From Oikopleura dioica (Eukaryota > Animalia > Chordata): DNA of 64,000 nt. Under the pieces are notes generated by a model. That model saw only the letters and a program-made list of their open reading frames with translations, made no database searches and was not told the origin of the DNA. A program made the translations under genes and the position numbers. Positions 49,724-62,389 of this stretch are shown in pieces. The stretch is from NCBI GenBank assembly GCA_907165135.1, contig OU015566.1, positions 7,316,001-7,380,000 on the forward strand, given 5' to 3'. Positions within the stretch are counted from its first letter, which is position 1; the number at the start of each line of letters is the position of its first letter.

Positions 49724-52518
49724 CTATGAATCTCTTCGTGGGCGGGGCTTCCTGCGAGAATTCCGCACAATAACTGGTGCTGGTTGACTGTCTGAATCAA
49801 CCTCACCCGGCTGTACAACCGAATCTTCCTGCTCGTCAACGATCAGATTCTGGATTTCCATATTTTCTGAAGAGTCAGGCCTTGGAGGAATGTTATGTCT
49901 TCTTTTGATAGCAGCTTCTCTAGGACGGTTAGATTTTTCTTCCGAGTTTTCGTTTGTTTTCGCCTCATTTGGTTGGCTTTTGTAGGATTGAAAAAATCCG
50001 TTTGAAAATGAAATGCGCGGATTCGTTTTCAACTGGGCAGATTTAGCGATCATAATCAGAAAGTTTATCTACTGACGCGATCAGCCCGGTTTCAGTTGTT
50101 TTTTCTATCCTCTCCTTATAGAAACTTCATCGATTCTCTCATTCAAATCTGAATTGACTTCAGCATCGTCGTGATTTCCACCAGCAGTTATTATAGGCAG
50201 TTCGTTAGGGTCTTCTACTGGATTTTTTTCATCGACGTTGAACCAGGGGATGGCATAATTTCTATGTCGTCGCTTTCGTTTGACTTTCTTCAAGTCTCCT
50301 CTTCGTTGAATGTCACTTTCTGTAGTTTTAATTTCATCGCTTGAGCTATCGAACCTTTTGCTGTCTCTTGTCGAGACGGTTCGGGGCCTTGTGGCGGTTC
50401 TCGTTGTTCTCTTTGCAAGTGTAGCTGAGGTGTTCAACCTCAAAGCCGTTGTAGGGAGGTTGAAGGAGCGGTTACCCTGTTTATAGAGCTCTTCGCAGTC
50501 CTCTGAGTCTGAATCGTTCGAAAATGCGCCATGCTCAGCGTGGGACACCTCCTGCGGTGATGTTCTCGCTGCGATCGAAGTCCTTGATTCTTAAATTATT
50601 TATTAGTTTGATGTTTTCTCTCATGAAAATCTTACCGCGATAATCATGATCTTTGTAGCTGTCGTAGTCATATTTTGATTCGTTGCGCTGGGTTTCCGGC
50701 GAGTCGGAAATAACGATGGTACCGTTGACCATTACCGTATTTTTAAGAGCTTGTTGGTCTTCGTCCGAGCTTTGGGATGGCCTCGGTATATAAAATATTC
50801 GTCGCTTTGGCCGATTTTCCACTTTTGGCGTGTCTGGAATCACGGTGAAGCTATTGACAGTTGCGGTTTTTGTGAGGTTTTCTGATTGTTGTGGTTCATC
50901 ATCATCCGAGCTTGAGGAAAGTGCTTGTTTCGGTGTGATAGATGGCCGTATCTTTTTCAGAATCTTCGGTTTCGGTTGTGCAGGCATCCTTGTAGTAGAA
51001 GATCCTGAATCACGAGCTTCCTCCTCTTCATTTTCGTTATCTAGGAAAGAGTGAGATAATCGTATAACGATGTCTTACTTTATCAGTCTTATATTCTCAG
51101 AATATTATTCTGTTATATTCAGTGGTAATATTCTACTTACCAGAAGATAAACAATGTACCAATTCTTTTCCGCTTCTACGGGAGTGGAAATGCACATCAG
51201 GCGATGGAGGATGAGATTTCTCAGAGTCCGAGTCGGTAAAATCGACTTTACTCTTTGATTTTTGCTGCGGTGCAGATGAAACCACTGGCTGATAAGGAAC
51301 GGTATCTTGCGACGGTTCAGGTGTATTGTCCGAAAAGTCAGGGAGGCCGTTGTCAAATTTGGGCTTCTTCTTCGCCGAGTTTAGTAAGCCCTTGTCGTCA
51401 GCAGCTTTCTTTTTCGAATTTTCTGACTTTTTCGGAGGGATGACATCATTCTTTTCCTCTGGCGTAGACTCATGGAAAAGATCGAAGCTGTTAGCGCTAC
51501 TTCCAGTAGATGTCTGAGTTACTCTTGTGTTCAAAGCAGCGTTCCATCCTGGAGGCCTGGCGTCTTCTTTCGACGGATCTGGAGTATCGAAATCTGATGT
51601 TTTCGGCGATGAGCGGTTGATTGTTTCTTGAGGAAGCCGCTTGACACTCACAAAGAGTTTTTCAGCGCGTGCTCTCCCGAGACAGATCCAGAAGAATGAT
51701 GCGTTGGCATTCCCTCAGCCAGCGTAAGTGCCTGTCTTTTCTTGGAAGTTTTTGGAGTGATGATGTTAGGTTTTCTTCTCGTCTGCCGTTTCATTAACAC
51801 CAAGGGGTCATCAGCAATTCTTTTCCTCGACGCATTGTCTTTCTTTTTCTTCTCTTTTCTCTTTGGTGATTCTTTGGTTACTTCGACTGGTGGTAGTACG
51901 AATCGATCCATTTCAGTGGAAGTGATTTGATCAGAAACGCTATCTGACAGGTAGATACTGCTATCCTTCGTATCCGTTATAATTTTCTGTTTCTTTCTGA
52001 GAGCTTTTGTGGGGCGCTCTGGGATGGACGCTGTCAAGCCTTCATTTTCTGAATCACTCGAAAATGCGCCACGCTTAGAAATTTTCTGCTCAGCTTGTCT
52101 CACAGAAGTAGAAGATTTTTTCTGAGGTCTGGAAGTCTTCGAACTTGGGCACTGGCCGCTAGGGGCATTCGAAGTGGTTGGCTTCGTCTGATGTGCCTGA
52201 GAACTGCTTGTTTCTGCTGTAGATTGTGTAGATGAATCTATTCGCACGGGTGTGCTATTGATTGGTGAGGGGACTTCTTTGTAGGTCTTGATCCATTGGA
52301 TTTCGCCCTTGACATATTTCCGGACATTTTCGCGCACTTCGCGAAATTCTCCGTCTGGACCAGGACCCATGAGTTCCGCTCCATCTAAAAATACAGTTGT
52401 TCTAGAGACCTTAATTTATCATCTTACCGTTGGCGAGAAAGGCTAGCTTTTCATCCATTGTGAGGTCGTCGAAGTCCTCCCTTTCCCACCATCTCTCATT
52501 TTTCAATCTCTTGCTCAT
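49724..52518 (-). CDS. Large low-complexity S/D/K-rich, probably disordered nuclear protein
   Basis: Chain of open minus-strand exons (51648-52370, 51133-51651, 50535-50987, 50105-50548, 49724-50053) with basic clusters; no recognisable domain. Confidence 0.55.
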
Positions 52519-52723
52519 CCTTCCGAATTCTCGAAGTCTGAAAAAGATCGAGTTTTAGTCTCTCTGAGATGAATATGAGAGTGTTATTTGTCACAAATGA
52601 TTTTTCAGCGAATGAGAAGCGCTCTCGGAGAAACATTCGACTCGGACATTTTATCTTGTTTTGTAATTTATACATAGAACGGGGGAATTTCAATAGGGCC
52701 AAATAAAAGCTAAGAAGAAAAGT

Positions 52724-54773
52724 TCAGTGTCTGCCAGTGAGTTCATAGTTTATCTCGTCTTGGAGCTGCTTCATTTCCCTCAAATGCTCTTGTTCTGCTA
52801 GAACGATCTCCATATCGTCTTCGGAAAAGTATGGAAAGCAAATGTCTTGATTCGGATAAATCTCCTTCGGGTCCATGTATCCGTCTTGTTTCTTTGTCTG
52901 CCAAGCGGCCATCAGCAGGTCGATGCTGTTTGTTCCAAAGATCGCGATTGACCCAAGAAGACAAGTCGCTAAAATAAGACTAAACACGATGACTCGACGG
53001 TGTTGATACCTATGAAAACGTAGAGCAAAAGCTGATCGAGAACGAATGCTACGTATTTCCACTCTGCTCGGGATCGATTGTAGTACTCTTCTTCTTTAAA
53101 GCTTTTTGCCATGTATTCGACGCCCATGATTGCGCGACGGACATCGGAATTCAGTAGCAATGGATCGGAACTGTCATCGCCGCTGGTGAGTTTCGCGATT
53201 TGACGATATCGCTGAAGAAAATTACAACAAGCCAGCTAAAGCAGGATAGTACCTGAGTTCCTTTGAAAATTCCTGCCATGGTTGGTTCTTCCGGCCCATG
53301 AGGCGACAGCGTCTTCATCGTTGATGGAAAAAGAACTCTCGGAAGAAAGTCAATAAAGATCTTTCTCATCCAGGCTGGCATTTCGTGCGTTTCCGGGCCT
53401 CGGTGATGGACGTTTTCGACAACGACCGTGAGGACGATCGAGAAACTGTTGAGCGCCATGGTAAAGAGAATGTAGATTCCAAGCATAGGAACAGCAGATG
53501 CTGTTGGGGGAATTGTGTCGACGATGACGAGGAGAAAGACAACGAGGGAGAGCAAGACGGAAATACAGAGCGTAATCTTTTCACACTCATCGGCTAAAAT
53601 AAATGATAATGAATGGTTCCATCGGGGAAATTAGTTCGTTCCAATAAAACGATCCATGAAATTCGAACCATCACTTTTAGAAAAACAGATACTGAGTGAA
53701 TAAAATGCAAATCTAGTCGACTTGAGTTTCATAATATTTTTAAATGAAAACTTGAGTATTTTTAGTGTAAGGTATAGTCATTCCAATTCTGTAACAACTG
53801 CACTGCAAAAAAAATACCTGGAAGATAGAATACGGCACATGACAATAACGAAAAGAGAATCGTCGGAAAAACAATATTCAAGATGAGATAAAGCGGCCTT
53901 CTCTTCAAAATGACATGAAAAGTTGTATCCAAATAAATTTCTTCACAACAATCGTATTTTACATAATGTTTCCAGCATCCTGTTCGCAAGAGTTCCCACT
54001 CGCCATTTTGTTCGTAAGCGGAAAGGTCGCCTTCTTGGCAGCAGGAAAGTTCTTGAAAGCCCTCGTCAAAGCTGACGATATCAATGTGGAATTGACTGTG
54101 CGTCCAAGTTCCGATCTTCATCGTGCAATTTTGAGTATCTAAGAAGGCTCTCTTACCAGTAAATTTTTATCCCTCACCGAAGGGAAAGTCCGCAACGAGA
54201 ATCTCGCAGAATGTTTTGGCAATAATTGGCGGCTTCCAAACAACAGCTCCCGTATGCGATACTTTTGCTCTGACCATTTCCATAATAATAAAATCACCAT
54301 CGGCATTGTTGTAGATAGCCAGATCCGGTTTCCACAAATTGTCCGACGGGATGTGCAAGTACTTGATATTCCCATATTCTGCCGGATCCCAGGCTAGCCG
54401 ATCATCCTGCCACTCATGTAAGTACCAGAGCTTGATGTCGATTTTTTGGTTCACTTCTGATACGGCCAGAATCGGGCTTTTTCAAAGAATATTTCTCCCG
54501 TGATAGCGGCTATTGAATATTATACGATTAAAGCCCTTTCACTAGAATTTGATTTATGATAATTCTGAATCTAACAACAACTGGCTCTGCTGCATCATAA
54601 ACTGGCCTACGAATGGATTAATCTTCAGACAATCTCTCAAAACTGCTACCGTACCTCACGTCGGGATTGTAATCATTCGTGACAAATAGCTTCTCTAATA
54701 GTTTTTCCGTGATGCCCTGCTTGCCACTCACCACCGCCAAAAGCCAAAACACCACCTTCGAGAGGACATTCAT
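52724..54773 (-). CDS. Nicotinic acetylcholine receptor alpha subunit
   Basis: Signal peptide, [14 protein letters not shown], Cys-loop, loop C YDCCEEIY with vicinal Cys, TM2 [21 protein letters not shown]4. Confidence 0.93.
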
Positions 54774-55192
54774 AATTACTGTAAATCTCCTTGCTAATTT
54801 GCGGTCACATAAAAGGTAAATACTCTAAGTACCACTTAGTAGCTACAGCCAATCTTGGTGATCCTTGTAGCTCAAACGGGCAGCTGTTTATCAACGGCTT
54901 ACCACATTTGAACGATAAAAATAAGCCAAGAGAAGAAACTTTATACACTTATCTAATATCCAGCAATTTCCGTTGCAGAAAAGACGACTATTTCTTGCAA
55001 AATGGTATCGTTTCTTTTTTATAAAAAAAAATAATTCGACATTTTCAATTTTCTGTTGATTTGCCTAAGAAGGGTTTTATTCATGATTAAACGCTGGCAG
55101 TTGACAAAATGTACAGAGAAAAAAAATTACTATTTCTGTGAGATAAAGCTCCAAATTCTAAAAAACCAAGCATTTCCATCAGCGTTTGCATA

Positions 55193-56342
55193 TCAAAGTT
55201 TTATTTCCCGCGGTTTTGTTGGTCCGAGGACAACTGCAACTTTTTTCGCGTTTGCTTCGTAGCAGCTACAATAATTATAAAGTCAAGCGTCAAAAAGAGA
55301 ATAGAACATACCTTTTATCGTTGAGATAGTTGTACGTCGCCTCCAAATTCGAGGGCTGATCATTTTCAAGCTCCGGTTGCTTCAAGATTTCGTAAAGATT
55401 CGCGACAATTTCCAGCAAGGTAAACTGCTTTCTCCAGTTATCCAAGGCTTTCAGCGATACTTTGCCGCTTGCGAAGATATTTGGATGCGAAATTGACGGA
55501 GAAAAACGCACGGTTGGAGCAACATCGGGATATTCTTCGAGAATTTTATAAAGGAAAATTTCTAGCGCTTACGTTTTCCATATGAAATGACGACAGAGTA
55601 CATTCCATTCTCCCAAGGAGACCCTGTCGGTCCAGGAAGCCCGAGGAGGACTGTAGAATCGTTCTCTTTTCTAGCCTTTACTTTGCCATCTGTGATTTTA
55701 TAAATTGCATCAACTTCATCTGCTAAGACGTGCTTTTTTTAAGGTTAAGAAAGTTATTTCACCCACTTCCTTGTTTTTAGACCCAGAACACCAAACATAT
55801 TTGGAATCAGTGGAGAAAATCTAGAATTTTGACGGTTTTAGTTTTTCGAAATTCACTTCCGGTTACGATTCTAGAGCCGGAAATTCACGAAATTTATAAG
55901 AAAAGCATGACCTATCAAATTGAAACTTACAACAAGTCCAGTAATTTATGACCGAAATCGAGTCCAACTCCTGTCAAAAACCGCCGGTAAACGACCGGTA
56001 AAAATTGAAAATTTTCTCATTAAATCATGCTTTTTTCATAGTTTTACCGGTCAGTTTAACCGCGGTTGGGACTGTTTCGTCTTATTAATTGAAAATGAGA
56101 TGACTGGAAATCTTCTGCGCATCAATTTGATACATCGCACTTTACCCTTACTCCAAAATTTTGCCTACTTCCGGCTCTAGAATCGCGACCGGAAGTGATT
56201 TTCGAAAAACTAAAACCGTCAAGTTTCTAGATCTTTTCCACTGATTCGAAATATGTATGATGTTCTGGGTCTAAAAACGAGGAAGTGGGTGAAATAACTT
56301 CCTTAACCTTAAAAAAAGCACGTCTAAACGATCAGCGACCAT
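55193..56342 (-). CDS. Ubiquitin-conjugating enzyme E2 variant (catalytic Cys absent)
   Basis: GPTGSPWENGMY, YPDVAPTVRF, HPNIFASGKVSL; exon 1 interrupted by the 55727-56324 MITE. Confidence 0.8.
55727..56324. mobile_element. PIF/Harbinger-like (Tourist-type) MITE in E2-variant exon 1
   Basis: ~160 bp TIRs starting GACGTGCTTTTTTTAAGG; 3 bp TSD TAA (55724-55726, 56325-56327). Confidence 0.88.
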
Positions 56343-56462
56343 TCTGATTATGACAAAGGTTTATTTTAAAACTTGTTCGTGACAGTAAGTGTGGGTTTTT
56401 GAAATTCGCAAATTTGGAATGTGAATGAGCTAGGGGCAGTGAATAAATGTGTTTTGGTGAAC

Positions 56463-59400
56463 TTATGATTCAGCAGTGACATTGGCGACGTTGGTAAAAG
56501 GGGTGCGTTCCTTCTCGCCGTGCTCTTCTGCTCGTTTGGCGACCTCCTCCGGGTCGTTTTCCATGAGGACCAGTTTGGTACAGTCATGGGTCTTGTAGAT
56601 GCCGATCAAGCGGCTGCAAAGACCAAACATTTGATTTCGCAGCGAGATGATGACGAACTGCGCGTTTTTAGTTCGGTCCTAAGTGAACGAATTTATTATT
56701 CTCTTCCTTGATTTCTGAAAAACGTACCTTGATGTAATTCGCCACAATTGAGACGTTTTTAATATCAAGCGCGGCATCGATCTCGTCCATGACGTAGAGA
56801 GGCGTTGGTTTGTAATGATGGAGAGCGAATACCAACGATAGGGACGAGAGGGTTTTTTCTCCACCGGAAAGGTTCATGATCGTCTTCCAACTCTTTTTAG
56901 GAGGACGGACGGTGAAAACGACGCCTTCTTCGAATGGAGCAAGGGTGTTAACAAGCTTGAAAACGAGTAAGTTTTTCGAAATTCAAGTAAAAAGGATGTA
57001 CCTCAAGTTCAGCATCACCTCCCATGGTGATCATCTGGTACATTTGCTTGACCTTTGCCGTAATGATCTCAAAGCCCTTTGTAAACTCTTAACAATAAAA
57101 TATATAAACGGCAATATTTTTTGCGTAGTTACCATCTCGTCGCATTTTCATGAGATCGTTTCGCATCTCTCGCTTTTTATTCCTCACATCGTTGATTTCA
57201 TTGAACTCGTCTCGTCTAGCCGTGTAGACCTCATTCTTATCGCGGTACTCTTTCATAGCGCTGAGATTCGGCCGCGCTAGAATAAGATAAATAAGTGGAG
57301 CGATAAATGGAACTTACATTCGTCAAGAGCCTTTTTAGTTTTCGAAGCTTGCTCGGAAACGGCATTTGTGTCGATTTCGGCGAGTTCTTCGTCGGGAATT
57401 GTTGGAATCGTAAGGTCCTCATCCTTTTCGCCAGTCGAAGTGAGCTTTAAATGCTTCAAGTTCTCAGTGGACTCCTTTATTTTCGTCTCGTAATGAACCA
57501 GCTTTGACTGGATATCATTCCGTTGCGCTAGAAAGCAGTTACAGATGAAAAAATTAACAGTTTTCTACCTTGGATCTTTTTCAAGTCAGTGATCTTCGTC
57601 TCAATCGCCTTTTCGGAGTCAGCAACTTTGGCATCGATCTCTTTCTCAGTTTCAAGCGCGGCTCCAAGATGATCTTCTTCAATTCCAACAAGATCGTCTT
57701 TCATTTCTGCGTATCCAGCAGCAAGCTCGTCGACTTCTTTCGCGATCTCTTCCAGCCTGTTAGCTTTCTCTTCCTTTTCTTCTTTGAGTGTTTGAAGATT
57801 ATCCTCAGCCTAGGAAAGGATACAAATCAGTCAGTAAGTTCTCTGAAATACCGTTTTCTGTTTTCGACTAGCTGTTTTGAGATCGTTAGCGAGCTTCAAG
57901 AGCTTCTTTTTTCCGTCTTTGATGGCATCTTTTGTCTTTTGCATCATCTTCTTGATGCCCTCGACTTTTCCTTTGCCCATCGCCGTAATTTGTTTGTTGA
58001 TTTCTTCTACTTCTTCTTGGACAGATTCCGCGGAAGCCTTGAATACATTCAGAACGAAGTTATCAGTCAGAAAGTTACCTTTGTGGCACCCCACTCGCAC
58101 TCAGCATCCTTCACGGCATCTTGCAACTCATGAAGACGGCCAGACTCTGGTGTTGCATCCTTTACTCGCTTTTGCTGATCCTTGATGCTTTTTGTCACCA
58201 TCTCGATCTTTTTCAAAGCTGTATCGTACGCCGCACTGAGCTGCTGGAGCTCTGACTGTAAAATTAGAGTTAGAAGTGATAATCCGACAGTTTATTTACC
58301 TTATTCTTGGCGATTTCTTTCGTCGTGCGAGCGATGAAGCCGTTTGCATCGCGAATCTTTGAATCAAGATCTCGAAGTTCTTGTCGGAGATCATTCAAAG
58401 CTGTGTTCATTCCTTGAATCTCCTCTTCTGAAATCGTCTCCTTGCGAACATTAATCTGTGGCTTCTCTCCCATCGCTCCGGATTGCTTTCTGCTACCGCC
58501 ACCAGTCATCGCACCGTGTGGCTCAACAAGAACACCGTCGAGGGAAACGGCTCGCTGGCGAGGTCCACAGTGGAACGCAAATTTCTCGGCTTCTTTTGAA
58601 TCTCTTGCCACGAGAGTATTACCACACGCTTGGAAGAAGCAAGCCATCAAATCTTCTCTATCGCAGCGGATTTGATCGACGAGTCGTGGGCCGGGAAGGT
58701 TGAACTGGCTTGCTGGGACGAAAGGTTTAACCTTGTCGAGGGCGAAGAAGCTTACCGCCCCGACTCTGTCTCTCTTTATGTATTCCAAGATTTTCGTAGC
58801 ATCTGCAGCTCGCTCGACAACGATGTATTCCATATTGCAAGAAGAGGAGAGCGCAACATCATATCGCTGGTCGATACCACCAAGGTCCCCGAGTCGGCCG
58901 ACAACACCAGGAACTTTTCCGGTTTTCTTCAAGTTCATGACGTACTCCTGCACCTTTCCTCGGCTTCGTCCACCGCCTTCTTCTGCCTGAGCGTCAGCCA
59001 GCTTCGAGCTGAGTTTTTCAATCTCGGATTGAATATTTGGCCGCTGATTCTTCATCTGCTCTACTTCTACTTGTCGCTCGCGCACGGCTTGTTCCATTTC
59101 TGGGATGCTGCTCTCAAGTTGCTCTTTCTTCTCCGTGTTGTCAGCGACAGTCTTTTCGGCGGCCTTGATCGATTCATGCATTTCATGCAGTTTATTCTTC
59201 TCACGATCATATTTTGCAGTGTACTCGTCGAGTACGGCTTTTTCCTGGTCGAGGATTTGCTTCTTTTCGTTGACGGAGCTAAAAATGATTGAAAAACGTG
59301 CATTCGGGGACTTAAATACTTTTGAATTTCCAGAAGCTTCTTTTCCAAAGGAGCCTTTTGCTTTCGCAGATCCTTCGTTTTAGCTTCAACTTCCTCGATC

Positions 59401-60755
59401 GCCTTATCGTAGTCTTTCTTTTGATTCTGCTCGTCAATCTGCAGCTGTTCCAGCTTTTCGTTCAGCTCAATCGTCTCGTTCTCACACTTAGCCGGCATCT
59501 CTTGGAATTTTTCACGTTCTTCTCTTCTTTATCGAGCTCTTTTTCTAGCGCAGCTTGTCGCTTCTTTATATTTTTCTGCTCTTCTTTAAGTCCCTTTGCG
59601 TCTGCTTCGGATTTTGCGATTCCATCCTTCAGCTTTTCCATCGTTTCTCGAATTTTGACGAGCTTCTTTTTGATCTTTTTCTGCTCGACATAATGCCCTT
59701 ATTTTTCGGTAAGTAAGAAATAATCATTCAAGAGCTTTTTACCTTTATTCTCGACCTTGTACGCCTTGATGTCATCTTCGATGAGGGCAAGTTGCTGCTC
59801 AAGAGTCTGTAATTCTTCTCGATCTCGCACAGTTTTTTGGTTGCACTGGTAAATTGTCGCTTGATGGATCTTGTTGATGTCAAGAATCATTTCATTCTTT
59901 TTGGTGATCCAGGCGACGCCAGCTTCATAATCGGGCTTGAGCTTGTTCATCTCCGTCTCGGCGATTTTCAAACGGCCTTCTCGCTGACCTCGGTGGTCGT
60001 TGAGCTGTTCTACTTGGTAACCGAGCTTGTCGATGAGTGGCTTTAGACGTGAAGAACCGATGATGTCTTCCAAATACTCAAGCATGCCCTCTTCGTTTTT
60101 GTTGTCAGCTATAAAAAGAGTAACTTTGAGTGGAAGTCTTTGTTATACCTTTTGGTTTCATTTGTGAAATTTGCTCAACTTCGCCTTGTAAAATCAAGAA
60201 TCGGTTGTGATCCAAGTCAATCCCCTTTGTTCTCAAGAATTTACCGACTTCTTTGAAGTTCGTCTTTCTCCCGTCGATGTGATAGCAGGACGAGTTATCT
60301 TTGAATGCAGTCCTGCTGACTGTGAATTCAGAGTTTGGGACGACATCGTATTCGTCTCCTTCGCGGTCGACGATCATGTGGAATTTGACAGACACAGTTG
60401 CTTGGCGAATATTTGGGAACTTGGTCGAGTTGTGGATCAGAACTGAGACTTTCTTCGATCTGATCTTCTGCGCTCGGTACCCAAAGACAAACAACATCGA
60501 GTCGATGACGTTTGACTTTCCTGAGCCATTAGGTCCGATGATTGACGTGAAGGCTTTGTGAAAAGGACCAATAACTTTTGTTCCAGCGTACGATTTAAAA
60601 TTCTCGTTGACGATCTCTTTGATCATGAGTCGAGGGTCTCCCTCCGCGCCGACGCCGATTGCTGCTGGCTTTTCAGGGACAATGAGCTCGCTGCAGTCAA
60701 CAAGCTCTTCGAGAGAGTACTGACGATCGAAGTTCTCATCGGGATCTGGAGCCAT
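56463..60755 (-). CDS. SMC4: Structural maintenance of chromosomes protein 4 (condensin)
   Basis: Walker A GPNGSGKSNVIDSM, hinge GRLGDLG, signature LSGGEKTLSSL, Walker B DEIDAALD; apparent 1 bp frameshift near 59520. Confidence 0.95.
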
Positions 60756-61403
60756 TTCTAAGAAAAGAAATTTTGAAATGGTTGGGTAAAAGATTTGTAT
60801 TTTTGAAGTTACTGAATCACAATGTTCGTCAATGAAAATAATGATGAGGAAAATAGCTGATTGTCAGAGAATAGAGTTGAGTTCTTCTATCCGTAATCGA
60901 CGGAGTATTTAATTTTGGCAGTAGCAAGAAAGAAAGAGTGGTATTTTACAGAATTCTAATCATTTTTGAGCGAATCTTTTACGATATCTGGCAGAACGGA
61001 CAATTTTCTCGGTGGCTCGTCTCCAAGTGGGACGACGAAGTGTGTGAACTGCTCTGAGAGGGGGTACAAAAAGCGCATGGCATCCATGTTATTCTTAAGA
61101 ATACAAGGTAAATTCAGATTCTAGAGAGGACTTCTTTGAATATGAAAGGTTGTGCGACTGGGCCTTATTGTCCAGAATTGCCTCTCTAGCGAGTAAAAAA
61201 TCTTATTAATAAATTTTGGCTCTTGCAACGGGCAAGGCCAAAATTGAGTTTGACCAAGGCGAAAACTGAAACCGTTAGTTTCGCGCAGTGTAGGTGGGAA
61301 AATCGCGCGCCCTTTGGGCGCGCTTGTCGAGGGCTTCATCGGGGCCGATGACTAGTCACTTAGGCTAACAAATACCTGAATTAGTCGACGCACATATTCA
61401 TTT

Positions 61404-62173
61404 TCATATGCTTCGCGGGAATCTTTCACAGAATCGATTGTAGTAAGAATCTTTCCCTAAATAATTTCTGAAGATTTTTTGATAACTGATTAAATCTACC
61501 ATTTTTTCGAGCTGAAATGTCCATGATCGCATCGAATTTGCCAATTCTAGTGTCATTTCTCCAAGATCGCAGCCAGTTGGTTCCTCTTTGTCTTCGTATC
61601 CGTCGTTTTCTATGAGCGCTCGATCTTTTGGATCCATGTTTTTCACGCTTGATTCTTGTAAAAAAAATTGACGAAACACTCACATAACCAATTTTACCTA
61701 TGCATGCATTGAAATTTTTCTGCAAAAGGATGCAATTTCGTAGAAGGGTTTTTGACGTCAAAGCGTTTCGCTTTCTTATTTCATTCATTTCAGCAGACGA
61801 TCGCTGGCGTTTCAAACGATGTGGGAATTTGAGATCAAGTTTGAGCTCCGTCTCGCCATTCGTCAAAAAGTGAATTTCTTCCGCTCCATTATCCAGGACT
61901 TCATCATCTTTGATCAAAATCAAGTCCGAGGCTTTCTGCGGCCTGCCCCGTTTCTCAAGCTCTAAATGTCAAATTGACTGAAAGAGGGACAGGTAGGAAC
62001 ATACCGGCGAGAATATTTTGTTTGATGAAATCGACGTTGTCATCTCCGGCAATTTCAAACACAATCGGATCGAGATTCGAGCTAATGGTGACTTTTATTG
62101 ACCTCTGATCAACAGGGATGCTCTCTTCGTTGTTTTCATGTTTACTCATTAAAACATCGCCGTTTTCGCTCAT
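61404..62173 (-). CDS. Unknown protein, possible N-terminal ubiquitin-like fold
   Basis: IKVTISSNLDPIVFEIAGDDNVDFIKQNI...LILIKDDEVLD resembles UBL spacing; AG acceptor 1 nt before the ATG. Confidence 0.4.
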
Positions 62174-62389
62174 CCTAAACGATGCAAATTTGAGTTTGAA
62201 ATAGAAAATGGAATCTGCGGACACATGTATTGAACGTGAAGAAATAAGAAGATAATTAGCAGGAAAGTGCATCAATGAAATAAAGTTCGAGTTTAAAGTA
62301 GGTAAGGATTTTTGTTTCAATTCGTTTTTGTTGTATCGGAGTAAATTCGCAGTTTAAACTGTCTTAAACAAGAAAGATATACATGTGTT

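Noticed and set aside
39047-54773. Cholinergic gene cluster (SLC44 plus nAChR)
   Set aside because: About 10 kb apart, on opposite strands, with unrelated genes between; SLC44 is not the synaptic choline transporter
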